DNA of 64,000 nucleotides from an uncultured cyanobacterium (GCA_963710605.1 CAVQBA010000006.1:512001-576000), one strand, 5' to 3'; positions 47,903 to 58,014 are shown, counted from the stretch's first letter. Notes: generated by a model from the sequence alone, not told the origin. Numbers and translations: made by a program.

Positions 47903-48536
47903 TATCTGTGTGAATCTTGCTACACTTGACAACATTCAGAATAATAAAAAAATCAAATTAAGTAATGTGATGCTGATGTTTTATTATTAGTTGACTTAAA
48001 AAGTTATCATCGATCGAAAGAAAGGTTAACAGGCGAATATGGTTGGTGTTCTTTTAAGAGTTAAAGTTTAACCGGTGGCTAGTTTCAGTTTTTTATCAAA
48101 CTGCCAATCATAGTAGAATTGGTTATGTTAAATCAAGACAAAGTTACGAACTAAACCCCAAGATAAGCCCCTTCGTTTCACTTGAAATTTAAACTTAAAA
48201 ACAATAATTAAGATAACTAATACTTAAGTAATTACAACTAATAATTTTGATTCGGTAAAAATTATTAGCTGAAGCTTTACAAATTTAAAAAGGTGTGTAA
48301 TACTTTAGCAGACTGTTTAATCATTAAGTATTTATTGATAATTAGTTCAGATGATCGATAGATAAAAATAATTAATTAAAAACATTAAAAAATTTGAAGT
48401 TTTTTTTTGATTTGATCACAAAAAACTATTATGCAATTATCATTTATAAAGCAAATTAGTGTAAACTTCAGGTAAAGTTCTGTAATTGTGCATATTTTGC
48501 TACCTACAAACAAGAAATATTCGAGGAGATAAATTA

Positions 48537-49202
48537 GTGACTATTTTGAGCAAATTAAAAGAGATGATTGGTGGCGGTCAAGAAAATTATTCTGATGGAG
48601 AGTATGAGTCTGAGAATCAGGATTTAGGACAAAGTTATCCAATGCAACAGGATGATAGTTATGGGTTATCTGAGCAGATGACGATTAGAGAAACGATCGT
48701 TCAACCCTCTAGTCAGACAACTAGTCGTATTTTTAGAAAAGAGCAATCTGTAAGCACAGAAGTACCTTCTTATCCTAATCTAAATAGTAGTTCAAACAAT
48801 TTTCCTGATAATGTAATTGGTATGCCAGGACCTAACAATATGATAAACGAAGTAGTTGTAATAGAGCCTCATTCTTTTGAAGAAATTCCTCAAGTAATTC
48901 AAACTCTAAAAGAACAAAGATCCGTTGTGTTAAACTTAAACGTAATGGAGCCTGATGAAGCACAAAGAGCGGTTGATTTTGTCGCAGGTGGTACTTATGC
49001 GATCGATGGTCATCAAGAAAGAATTGGTGAAAGTATCTTCTTATTTACTCCTCGTAATGTCAAAGTAAGTAATATTCCGGGTAAATCTTATAACAATAAT
49101 AGCTCTGAAACAGTTATTACTTATAATGATTTGAGTAATTCTTTTGCTGATGATATCTGGAGTGGTAACAATTCTCACGTAGAAAACATCAACATGGCAT
49201 AA
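48537..49202 (+). CDS. sepF: Cell division protein SepF
   Basis: [27 protein letters not shown]; start probably the GTG after GGAG. Confidence 0.93.
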   Translation: MTILSKLKEMIGGGQENYSDGEYESENQDLGQSYPMQQDDSYGLSEQMTIRETIVQPSSQTTSRIFRKEQSVSTEVPSYPNLNSSSNNFPDNVIGMPGPNNMINEVVVIEPHSFEEIPQVIQTLKEQRSVVLNLNVMEPDEAQRAVDFVAGGTYAIDGHQERIGESIFLFTPRNVKVSNIPGKSYNNNSSETVITYNDLSNSFADDIWSGNNSHVENINMA

Positions 49203-49348
49203 TTAATCAATTTGATTATTAATACTATAGTAAAAATCAATTCAATGATTACTACTATTACTGATTACCGAAAATCTAACTAAATTATTACCAGTGTAGT
49301 TAGTGAAATGATTAGAAACTTAAACTGTTACTTGAGATTAAAATAAGC

Positions 49349-50152
49349 GTGGTTTTTAAATTAGGTGTTGTAGGCGGTGGAGTAATGGCTGAAGCTATTG
49401 TTTCCCGTCTGTTACAACAAAACATATACGATCGTTCTAATATTGCAATTAGTGAGCCTTCTGTTGAGCGTCGTCAATATTGGCAAAATGAATATCAAGT
49501 TACAACTATTAGTGATAATCAACAACTTTTAAATTCTTCAGAGGTTGTTCTTTTAGCTATTAAACCGCAAATTTTATCGATAGTTACATCTTCACTCTCG
49601 ATCGATACTCAGATTAATTCCCCTTTAATTTTATCAATTTTAGCAGGTGTTACCTTAGATAAACTCGCTCAAAATTTTCCTCAATTACCCATTATCCGTG
49701 TAATGCCGAATACACCTGCATTAGTCGGAGAAGGTATCAGTGCAATCACTCCTAATGCTTTAGTGAGTAAAGATCAATTATCGATCGCTAAATCGTTGTT
49801 AGAAGCAGTTGGTGAGGTGATTGAGGTAGAAGAGTATTTGATGGATGCCGTGACGGGTTTATCAGGTTCTGGACCTGCTTTTGTGGCGATTATGATTGAG
49901 GCTTTAGCCGATGGTGGTGTGGCTTCGGGCTTACCAAGAGCGATCGCTTTATCTTTAGCCACGCAAACTGTTTTAGGTACAGCTCAACTAGTTAAGCAAG
50001 AAAACTTACATCCTGCTTTATTAAAAGATCGAGTAACAAGCCCCGGTGGTACAACCATCTCAGGTGTAGCTCAATTGGAAGAAAAAGGATTTCGTAACGC
50101 AATTATTTCGGCGGTAAAAGCCGCTTATCAACGTTCTCAAGAATTGAGTTGA
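49349..50152 (+). CDS. proC: Pyrroline-5-carboxylate reductase
   Basis: GGGVMA, RVMPNTP, SGSGPAF, VTSPGGTT. Confidence 0.97.
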   Translation: MVFKLGVVGGGVMAEAIVSRLLQQNIYDRSNIAISEPSVERRQYWQNEYQVTTISDNQQLLNSSEVVLLAIKPQILSIVTSSLSIDTQINSPLILSILAGVTLDKLAQNFPQLPIIRVMPNTPALVGEGISAITPNALVSKDQLSIAKSLLEAVGEVIEVEEYLMDAVTGLSGSGPAFVAIMIEALADGGVASGLPRAIALSLATQTVLGTAQLVKQENLHPALLKDRVTSPGGTTISGVAQLEEKGFRNAIISAVKAAYQRSQELS

Positions 50153-50397
50153 GTAATTAATTGTTGTGTGCTACTAGCTTGATGAGTATTACCATCTTCT
50201 ATTTCTTGCATCGCCTGTAATGTAATTTTGTTGGGCTGATTTATTTTTAACTCAAAAGGTATGCCACCGTGGTTGATTACCGCTTGAGCAAATAACTCGA
50301 TCGCTTGTGAAGGGCTTAAACCAGCTTTTTCGCAAATATTAGTGAATTGAATTTTTAAACTTGAATCAACTTTAGCACTAAGCAAATCTGTTGTCAT
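50137..50397 (-). CDS. RelB/DinJ-family antitoxin (orphan)
   Basis: GLSPSQAIELF...GGIPFEL...PNKITLQAM. Confidence 0.82.
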   Translation of the reverse strand: MTTDLLSAKVDSSLKIQFTNICEKAGLSPSQAIELFAQAVINHGGIPFELKINQPNKITLQAMQEIEDGNTHQASSTQQLITQLNS

Positions 50398-50494
50398 AAT
50401 ATAAACTGTATGATTATCTTTATTTTTTATTGTAATGTTTGCTTCGACAAAATTTAGCATTGAAAATATCGAAGGAAAAAACTAGCCTTGAACT

Positions 50495-50655
50495 TATAGT
50501 TATTTCAAAAAAGAATTAAGATAGTATTAATTATATCTAAAACTTGAATTTTTACCCCACCTTGTAATGAATTACAAGGCTAATAGATCCCGTTTAATAA
50601 ATTAAACTCAAATAAAATACCAAAAATTGTCTCATCGTTATTTTAAACAACTATA
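50495..50655 (-). mobile_element. ~160-bp MITE-like element inside a TAGCCTTGAACT/AGTTCAAGGCTA palindrome
   Basis: Reverse-complement homologue of 1901-2062. Confidence 0.75.
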
Positions 50656-50847
50656 AGTTCAAGGCTAACCATGTACGTTAACTAAAGTTAACTAAAAACC
50701 TAAAATTAAAAATGTGTCTTAGATTAAATCATACCTTGCTATAGGAAAACAAGAAACGATCGATTTAAAAATACTCGATATATCGTAGTTTTACATGAAG
50801 TAATGTAGTTTCGTGAACCCTACAAAAAAATATTTGTTTGAGTTGTT

Positions 50848-51634
50848 TTAGCGTTTAAATTGACTTTCTACAGCACTTACTAATAAATCTCTGGGCATAA
50901 ACCGAGGTAGATTAACGATAAATTTATTGCCTATACCACCAGTAACAACTGTCGATCGATTTTTAGCCAAAGCCTCAAGTGCATCACAAACAACTTGTTT
51001 TGAAGATGTGAGAGTATCATTTTTTTCTTGTCCACCGAAAGAATCAGGAAATTCCGCTCCTTTAAAAAAATTCGATTGAGTACGAACCAGGGCAAAGAGC
51101 TAAAATATTAACTTCAGAATCTTTATTTTCTGCCCATAATGCCTCAGTAAAACTCAGTACGAATGCTTTAGTAGCGGCATATACAGACATATAAGGTAAG
51201 GGTTGATACCCAGCAATAGAAGAAACATTAATAATTCCACCTTTTTTTCTTTGCTTCATTTCAGGTAAATACAATCGTGTCAACTCAGTTAAGACAGTAA
51301 TATTAAGTTGAATCATACTGATTTGTTTGTCTAAAGAGCGATCGTCAAAATTGCCATAATCACCGAAACCTGCATTATTAATTAATAAATCAATCGTCCA
51401 TCCTTGAGCTTTAATTTTGTCATAGACTAACTTTCCTGCCTTAGGCTCAGTCAAATCTTGAGGAATTACTAAGGTTTGAATTTGTTCTTGTTGTTCTAAT
51501 TCTGTGGCTAGTTGTTCTAGTTTATCTTGAGAACGAGCCACTAAAACCAAATTTTTCTTTTGTGACGCTAATTCTCTGGCAAAAGCTTCTCCTATTCCCG
51601 ATGATGCACCCGTAATTAAAGCTGTTTGACTCAT
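50848..51634 (-). CDS. SDR oxidoreductase; frameshift near 51082
   Basis: TGASSGIG, NNAG, YAATK; C-terminus continues in another frame to TAA at 50848. Confidence 0.9.
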
Positions 51635-51810
51635 TGTTAATTCAATTCCTTTTGTTACAAATTGTAACGTATTTAATTTACGATCGACAAGAAGTAATAA
51701 TTAATAATCGCCTCTTTTAATTATTCTTTGAAATGACCTCACCCCCAACCCCTCTCCTGCGAGGAGAGGGGAGTTTTCAAAAAAAACTTATAGTAATTAC
51801 TCCTTAAATT

Positions 51811-51898
51811 TCCCCCTTACGAAGGGGAGGGGCTGTCACCTGAATTGATTTCAGGTGCTTGTAAGCCCCGTGGCTAGGGGTAAGGGGGCTAGGGGGAT
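51811..51898. repeat. Composite GC-rich palindromic repeat (copy 1)
   Basis: Homologous to 54905-54981. Confidence 0.85.
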
Positions 51899-51933
51899 TA
51901 ATCTGTATTTTATGAAACTGAGAAAGACTATAT

Positions 51934-52872
51934 TCAAGAATCAATTGTTTGACATTCAAGCACAAAAGAAACCTTTTCCATTTCGTCTTTATTTGGAAAA
52001 GAAGATTGAACACCTGTTTTACTCACCGATAAACTACTAGCAATCACACCATGTTTGACCGCTTCTTTTAAAGAATAACCCAAACTTAAACCCATAGTTA
52101 AACCACCATTAAAAGCATCTCCTGCCCCAACCGTATCTACTACTTTTAGCTTTGGTGCGGATACTAAAAATTGTTTTTGATTAGTTGCACAAAAAACTCC
52201 TTCGCTACCCATTGTAATAATTACTGTTTTTACCCCTTTATTTAATAACCACAAACTAGCTTTTTTAGCATCTTCAATATTATCAACAGTAAACCCAACT
52301 AACTGACTCACTTCGATCGTGTTAGGGGTAATAATATCTATTTTGGTATAAATATCTTCGGGTAGATCGACTACAGGAGCGGGATCTAAAATTACTTTAA
52401 CATTATATTGACGAGCTAAATCGATCGCTTTTATTACCGCCTCAAGAGGAATTTCTAATTGCAATAATAAGTAAGTGGATGTTGCTAAAACTTTTTCTAA
52501 ATTAGCTAAATCTGTATCATCAACATTACCATTAGCACCTGTAACGATAATAATCTGATTTTCGCCTGTTGTTTCTTCTACCGCAATCATTGCTATACCT
52601 GTAGATTGGTTAGTAGAGACTCGAACATTTTCAATATTGACTTGATTTTGTGCTAATTCATCTTTGAGTTGTTGCCCAAAACGATCGTTACCGACTCTAC
52701 CAATCAAACTTGTCGGGATACCTAAACGAGCAAGGGCGACTGCTTGATTCGCTCCTTTTCCTCCTCCTGTTGTCTGGAAAGAGTTTGCGGTTAATGTTTC
52801 TCCAGTTGTTGGTAAACGTTTAACTTGAACGGTTAAATCTAGATTGATGCTACCAAAGACGACTACGCTCAT
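51934..52872 (-). CDS. rbsK: Ribokinase
   Basis: GSINLD, GGKGANQA, LQLEIP, DTVGAGD. Confidence 0.92.
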   Translation of the reverse strand: MSVVVFGSINLDLTVQVKRLPTTGETLTANSFQTTGGGKGANQAVALARLGIPTSLIGRVGNDRFGQQLKDELAQNQVNIENVRVSTNQSTGIAMIAVEETTGENQIIIVTGANGNVDDTDLANLEKVLATSTYLLLQLEIPLEAVIKAIDLARQYNVKVILDPAPVVDLPEDIYTKIDIITPNTIEVSQLVGFTVDNIEDAKKASLWLLNKGVKTVIITMGSEGVFCATNQKQFLVSAPKLKVVDTVGAGDAFNGGLTMGLSLGYSLKEAVKHGVIASSLSVSKTGVQSSFPNKDEMEKVSFVLECQTIDS

Positions 52873-53014
52873 AATTAATAATTAATAGTTCATACTTTAT
52901 ATAGTATTTGTTATGGTTAATTATCTACCAATCATAGGATGAGTAATAATACTATTCACCACAAACCTTAAAAAATTCATTCAGACTCAGTCGTAACCCA
53001 TCAAATTTCACATT

Positions 53015-53176
53015 TATAGTCTATCAAAATAAGAATGAGACAATTTAAAGATTCTTTCTTTGAGTTTAATTCATTAAACGTTATCTGTTAGCCTTGTCAA
53101 TTTATTGCAAGGCGGGTTTTATATTTTTCTTTCTACTATTCTTTATACTGTCTTAAAGTTAATTAAAACAACTATA
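53015..53176 (+). mobile_element. ~160-bp MITE-like element
   Basis: TATAG...ACTATA ends and TAGCCTTG..TTGCAAGGC hairpin, as at 1901. Confidence 0.7.
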
Positions 53177-53236
53177 TATTTTTTTGACATTAAATGTTGG
53201 GTTTCGCTTTTATTTTATCTATCGCTTGTATATTAA

Positions 53237-54016
53237 CTATTTGAAGGCTTAACCCAACCTACGAGTCTCGATCGCACTGATTCAGCTATTATTAGTCCGC
53301 ATACTACCATCAGGCATAATAGTTTCATAAAAAATGCAACCATTAAAGTAAGCACTTTTCCAATCTTTAGCTTCAATAAAATCCGTTCTAGTAAGGTTCG
53401 CACCATCGATAAAATCAGTTTGACCAATATAAGCTTTAACAAATTTGGCATCAGTCAAATTAGCTCCCCAAAAGTAAGCACCACTCAAATCAGCTCCCGT
53501 CAAGTCTGCCCCAGTAAGGTTAGCCCCTTGCAAATTACTTTGAGCCATGGAAACTTCTCTCAAGTTAGTAAAACTAAAATTGGTTTCATCCAAAGTCAAT
53601 TCGGACAAGTTAGACCTACTAAGGTTAGCATGGGTCAAATTACAACAATAGATAGGGTTGACAGAAAATTCGATTCCACTCAAATTGATTCCGCTGAGAT
53701 CGACTTCCATCAGTTCGCCAAACAGTTCTTCAATCCAAGAAAAATCTCGCTCCCCAGCAGCATATCTTCTGAGCAATTCTTCAACTTCCATAATTCAAAT
53801 TCTCAAATAATAAACCAACTTAATAATAAAGTAAATCGAATCTGGTCAACCCTTTTACCGCAAACCAACATCGACATCATCTATGAAATAAAAGACTTGC
53901 TTTCTGGACAACTAGCAGAAGTCACTATCACAGGTTTTGACAAAAATATCATATATACTAACTTTAACGTCGGCTGTTGGGTTTCGCTTTTGTTTTATGT
54001 ATCGTATGTATATTGA
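53237..54016 (+). CDS. Antisense open frame (copy 1): Q/K-I/V-S pentad repeats plus IKDLxSGQLAExTITGFD module; true start unclear
   Basis: No stop from 53237 to 54013 by manual translation; covers the whole minus-strand gene. Confidence 0.5.
   Translation, partial: LFEGLTQPTSLDRTDSAIISPHTTIRHNSFIKNATIKVSTFPIFSFNKIRSSKVRTIDKISLTNISFNKFGISQISSPKVSTTQISSRQVCPSKVSPLQITLSHGNFSQVSKTKIGFIQSQFGQVRPTKVSMGQITTIDRVDRKFDSTQIDSAEIDFHQFAKQFFNPRKISLPSSISSEQFFNFHNSNSQIINQLNNKVNRIWSTLLPQTNIDIIYEIKDLLSGQLAEVTITGFDKNIIYTNFNVGCWVSLLFYVSYVY
53282..53791 (-). CDS. Pentapeptide repeat protein (copy 1)
   Basis: MEVEELLRRYAAGERDF; ANLTG/ADLTG repeats; TIMPDG cap. Confidence 0.92.
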   Translation of the reverse strand: MEVEELLRRYAAGERDFSWIEELFGELMEVDLSGINLSGIEFSVNPIYCCNLTHANLSRSNLSELTLDETNFSFTNLREVSMAQSNLQGANLTGADLTGADLSGAYFWGANLTDAKFVKAYIGQTDFIDGANLTRTDFIEAKDWKSAYFNGCIFYETIMPDGSMRTNNS

Positions 54017-54874
54017 GATTTTCGTAGCTTCAACCGTTCCCTACAAAATCTCGATCGTACTGATTCAGCTATTATTAGTCCGCATACTACCATCAGGCAT
54101 AATAGTTTCGTAAAAAATACAATCTTCAAAACTAGCACTTTCCCAACCTTTAGCCCCAGTCAAATCAGCTCTCGTCAGATTAGCCCCATCAAGACTACAT
54201 TCAATGTAGGTGTTAATAAGTTTAGCATCGGTCAAGTTAGCATCCCAAAAATAAGCACCACCCAAATCAGCACCCGTCAAGTCTGCTCCAGTAAGGTTAG
54301 CCCCTTGCAAACTACTTTGAGCCATGGAAACTTCTCTCAAGTTAGTAAAACTAAAATTAGTTTCATCCAAAGTCAATTCGGACAAATTAGCTCCGCTGAG
54401 GTTAGCACGGGTAAAATTACAACAGCAGATAGGGTTGACATCAAATTCGAACTCAGTCAAATTAATTCCACTAAGATCGACTTCAATCAGTTCTCCAAAC
54501 AGTTCTTCAATCCAAGAAAAATCTCGCTCCCCAGCAGCATATCTTCTGAGCAATTCTTCAACTTCCATAATTCAAATCCTCAAATAATAAACCAACTTAA
54601 TAATAAAGTAAATCGAATCTGGTCAACCCTTTTACCTCAAACCAACATCGACATCACCTATGAAATAAAAGACTTACCATCTGGACGACTAGCGGAAGCC
54701 ACTACTATCACAGGTTTTGACAAAAATATCATATATACTAACTTTAACGTCGGCTGTTGGGTTTCGCTTTTATTTTATCTATCGTGTGTATATTGGGTTT
54801 TTCGTAGCTTAACCCAACCTATAAAATCTCGATCGTACTATTCATACCCTAATACCTCATACTCACAACCATGA
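54017..54874 (+). CDS. Antisense open frame (copy 2), same frame as copy 1
   Basis: No stop from 54017 to 54871; contains IKDLPSGRLAEATTITGFD. Confidence 0.5.
   Translation, partial: DFRSFNRSLQNLDRTDSAIISPHTTIRHNSFVKNTIFKTSTFPTFSPSQISSRQISPIKTTFNVGVNKFSIGQVSIPKISTTQISTRQVCSSKVSPLQTTLSHGNFSQVSKTKISFIQSQFGQISSAEVSTGKITTADRVDIKFELSQINSTKIDFNQFSKQFFNPRKISLPSSISSEQFFNFHNSNPQIINQLNNKVNRIWSTLLPQTNIDITYEIKDLPSGRLAEATTITGFDKNIIYTNFNVGCWVSLLFYLSCVYWVFRSLTQPIKSRSYYSYPNTSYSQP
54065..54568 (-). CDS. Pentapeptide repeat protein (copy 2)
   Basis: Paralogue of copy 1 with the same N- and C-terminal caps. Confidence 0.92.
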   Translation of the reverse strand: MEVEELLRRYAAGERDFSWIEELFGELIEVDLSGINLTEFEFDVNPICCCNFTRANLSGANLSELTLDETNFSFTNLREVSMAQSSLQGANLTGADLTGADLGGAYFWDANLTDAKLINTYIECSLDGANLTRADLTGAKGWESASFEDCIFYETIMPDGSMRTNNS

Positions 54875-54904
54875 CTACCATAATTATAACCACGAAGTGT
54901 TGTT

Positions 54905-55040
54905 CCCCCCTTCTGTAAGGGGAGGGGCTGTCATCTGAATTTACTTCAGATGCTTGTAAGCCCCGTGGGCTAGGGGGGATCGTTATTCCGATCGTCTCGA
55001 CAAGTAGATCCCCCTAAATCCCCCTTGTTTAAGGGGGACT
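54905..55040. repeat. Composite GC-rich palindromic repeat (copy 2) plus CCCCCTAAATCCCCTT...AAGGGGGACT unit
   Basis: Homologous to 51811-51898. Confidence 0.85.
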
Positions 55041-55113
55041 TGAAATACTTAATGGTGACTTTGCGATCGGTAATAACACCATCCCTAATTACAGAAAAGA
55101 AGTAAATTAATTA

Positions 55114-55920
55114 TCAATTCTTACCATAGCTAAACTCAAACACATCTTCAATTACATCAACCCAACCTTGGGCTAAAGAAGCAAGAATACGATCGCCTTT
55201 TTCTTTACTTGCTACTGTTGCATCCCCTAATACACCAGTTTTACTTAAATCTTTGGTAATCCACGCAAAAGGTAGTTTTCCTTCCATCGATAACAAACTA
55301 TCATCACCGACTAAATCACGAGGATATTCTTTAACTGCCAAATCCATATTTACTCGATCGGGCAACAAAGCTAACATTAAACTAGTTTCCGCATCTCCTG
55401 CATGAATTCCTAATTCTTGTTCTTTTTCAGTTAACAATTCATTAGTAATATTCGGCACTCTCCAAGTAAAGAAAGGAAATACCGCCAATTCAGAAAACTG
55501 TTGGTGTAAATCTCTAGCGACAATTTCAATTATCTGTGGTTGCCCACCATGAGAATTCATTAAAATTAATTTCCGAAATCCTGCTTGATAAATACTAGTA
55601 GCTATTTCTGTGAGTAAAGAAAGTAGAGTTGTCGCCGATAAACTAATCGTACCAGGGAAGCCATCGTGTTCGTTCGATTTACCACAATAAAGTGTTGGTA
55701 AAGCAAATGCTGGTATTGTTTCGTCTAATAAACCTAAAGCTTTACCTAAAACACCCTGACTAATAGCCGAATCTACTACTAAAGGTAAATGATGACCGTG
55801 TTGTTCGATCGCACCAATAGGTTGAATAATAACTGTATTTTCTTTATCGGGCATGGTTTGGATTTGTTGCCATGTCAAATAAGCGTAATAACGATCGGGA
55901 GGAATAAAACCGTGAATCAT
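55114..55920 (-). CDS. Creatininase-family amidohydrolase
   Basis: GAIEQHGHHLP, SNEH, NSHGG, HAGDAETS. Confidence 0.92.
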   Translation of the reverse strand: MIHGFIPPDRYYAYLTWQQIQTMPDKENTVIIQPIGAIEQHGHHLPLVVDSAISQGVLGKALGLLDETIPAFALPTLYCGKSNEHDGFPGTISLSATTLLSLLTEIATSIYQAGFRKLILMNSHGGQPQIIEIVARDLHQQFSELAVFPFFTWRVPNITNELLTEKEQELGIHAGDAETSLMLALLPDRVNMDLAVKEYPRDLVGDDSLLSMEGKLPFAWITKDLSKTGVLGDATVASKEKGDRILASLAQGWVDVIEDVFEFSYGKN

Positions 55921-56167
55921 GATAGTTATGAGTTAAGAGTTAAGAGTTAAGAGTTAAGAGTTAATAATGATTAACTATCAACTTAAAAGTAATTAAATTC
56001 GTTTTTTCAAGCTAACTATAATGATTAAACGAAAATTAACAATGTAATAAAATTGGCTGTATTCTTTTGTATTTTAAAAGTTGTAAAATTTTTACTCTGA
56101 TAAAAACTCTATTTTTGATTTTTGATTTTGTTATATTAATATATGTTAAATCAGAGGCGTAATAACT

Positions 56168-56833
56168 GTGGGACTATCAAATCATTTTATCGGCGATGGT
56201 ACTCAACTGCAAAAACTTACTAGTGAAGTAGCCCAAGATGTTTTAAGGATGGGGGCGTTAGTAGAAGAGTCTTTTCGTTACTCTCATCAAGCGTTAGTGC
56301 TAGGTCAGTTAGAAGCTGTTAATATTATTAATAATAAAGAAGAAGAAATCGATCGTTATTATCGACAGATTGAAAATAAATGTGCCAGTATCCTCACATT
56401 ACAATCCCCTGTCGCTCAAGACTTAAGAATACTAAGTGCATTTATGCAGTTAGTCAGAGATTTAGAAAGAATCGGTGATTATGCCCAAGATTTAGGAGAA
56501 ATAGCTTTAAAACTAATTGTCTATCCTTCTCATTCTTGTATGCCAGAATTAGCCCTAATGTCTAAACAAGCTCAAATGATGCTAGCTCAAGCAATGGTAG
56601 CATTAAGTGAATTAGATGGTGACGCAGGAGCAAGAATACATCAGCTTGACGATGTTGTCGATTCTGCTTACGAAAAACTGTACAATATTCTTGCTTATCA
56701 AAAAGACATTAAAGGACTTGCTGAGCCAACTATCTTACTCGCCTTAGCCATTAGACATATAGAAAGAATGGCAGATCATGCTACTAATATAGCCTATCGT
56801 GTTTCTTATATTGTTACAGGAGAACGAAAGTAG
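56168..56833 (+). CDS. phoU: Phosphate signalling protein PhoU (SphU)
   Basis: QSPVAQDLR, DLERIGD, ERMADHATNI. Confidence 0.95.
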   Translation: MGLSNHFIGDGTQLQKLTSEVAQDVLRMGALVEESFRYSHQALVLGQLEAVNIINNKEEEIDRYYRQIENKCASILTLQSPVAQDLRILSAFMQLVRDLERIGDYAQDLGEIALKLIVYPSHSCMPELALMSKQAQMMLAQAMVALSELDGDAGARIHQLDDVVDSAYEKLYNILAYQKDIKGLAEPTILLALAIRHIERMADHATNIAYRVSYIVTGERK

Positions 56834-56977
56834 AAGGTAAGAAATGGCAGGGGCAAAGGGCAAAGGGCAAAGAAGTTAGGTTTCCTTTTTTTAAGACAAG
56901 GATGAAAATGATGACTCAACCCGACCTGAAAAAGAAATTGACAAGACGACAATTGATAATTAACAATTAGTAATTTA

Positions 56978-57015
56978 ACTATCAACTATCAACTATCAAC
57001 TATCAACTATCAACT
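56978..57015. repeat. (ACTATCA)n heptamer array
   Basis: Seen directly; other heptamer arrays at ~7010, 28690, 34400, 39062, 40725, 55928 and 56850. Confidence 0.9.
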
Positions 57016-57021
57016 AAAAAA

Positions 57022-58014
57022 CTATTTCTTCATCCAGCTAAACATAGAGCGTAAATCTTTACCGACTTCTTCGATCGTTAATTCTGATTCACGACGACGC
57101 ATAGCGGTAAAACCGGGTTTTCCTGCTTGGTTTTCTAAGACAAATTCACGAGCAAATTGCCCTGATTGAATTTCTGAAAGAATTTTTTTCATTTCAGCAC
57201 GAGTCTCATCGGTAACCACTCTTGGTCCTCTGGTATAATCACCATATTCAGCAGTAGTCGAAATACTATCACGCATTTTTTCTAAACCACCTTCAACGAT
57301 TAAATCAACGATTAATTTAACTTCGTGTAAACATTCAAAATAAGCTAATTCAGGTTGATAACCAGCATCGACAAGGGTTTTAAATCCTGCTTTAATCAAT
57401 TCTGACAAACCACCACATAATACTGCTTGTTCGCCGAATAAGTCAGTTTCGGTTTCTTCTCTAAAAGATGTCTCTAAGATACCACCACGAGTACCACCAA
57501 TACCTTTAGCATAAGCCATAGCAAGATCACGTGCTTTACCTGAAGCGTCTTGATACACAGCGAATAATGCGGGTACACCTTGATCTTGTTGATAGGTACG
57601 TCTAACTAAATGACCAGGTCCTTTTGGTGCTACCATGACAACATCAATATCGTCAGGAGGTACAATTTGACCAAAATGAATATTAAAACCATGTGCAAAA
57701 GATAATACTTTTCCTGCACTCAAGTTAGGTAAGATTTCATTTTCATAGACAGTACGTTGTACTTCATCAGGTAATAAAATCATGATCCAATCAGCCTCAG
57801 CACAAGCATCACTAACAGTTTTTACGGTTAAACCTTCACCTTCTGCGATACTTTTCGATTTACTGCCTTCGTAAAGCCCGACAATAACTTTAAGACCACT
57901 TTCTTTGAGGTTTAGTGCGTGAGCGTGTCCTTGCGAACCATATCCAATAACTGCAACGGTTTTATTGCTAATAAGATCTAGATTAGCGTCATTATCATAA
58001 TACATCTGAGCCAT
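57022..58014 (-). CDS. ilvC: Ketol-acid reductoisomerase
   Basis: [35 protein letters not shown]. Confidence 0.98.
   Translation of the reverse strand: MAQMYYDNDANLDLISNKTVAVIGYGSQGHAHALNLKESGLKVIVGLYEGSKSKSIAEGEGLTVKTVSDACAEADWIMILLPDEVQRTVYENEILPNLSAGKVLSFAHGFNIHFGQIVPPDDIDVVMVAPKGPGHLVRRTYQQDQGVPALFAVYQDASGKARDLAMAYAKGIGGTRGGILETSFREETETDLFGEQAVLCGGLSELIKAGFKTLVDAGYQPELAYFECLHEVKLIVDLIVEGGLEKMRDSISTTAEYGDYTRGPRVVTDETRAEMKKILSEIQSGQFAREFVLENQAGKPGFTAMRRRESELTIEEVGKDLRSMFSWMKK

Larger units (their letters stand above)
53195..54844. repeat. Tandem array: three ~90-bp REP-like repeats (53195, 53975, 54755) bounding two ~780-bp cassettes
   Basis: TGTTGGGTTTCGCTTT...AACCCAACCTA...TCTCGATCG occurs three times at 780-bp spacing; the right arm is degenerate in the middle copy. 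Confidence 0.9.

Noticed and set aside
53282-54568. Diversity-generating retroelement TR/VR pair
   Set aside because: Differences involve all four bases plus an indel rather than being adenine-specific, and no reverse transcriptase is in the window.
53195-54844. CRISPR array or integron cassette array
   Set aside because: Spacers are ~690 bp, there are no cas or intI genes, and the repeats resemble GTAG-type REPs more than attC sites.
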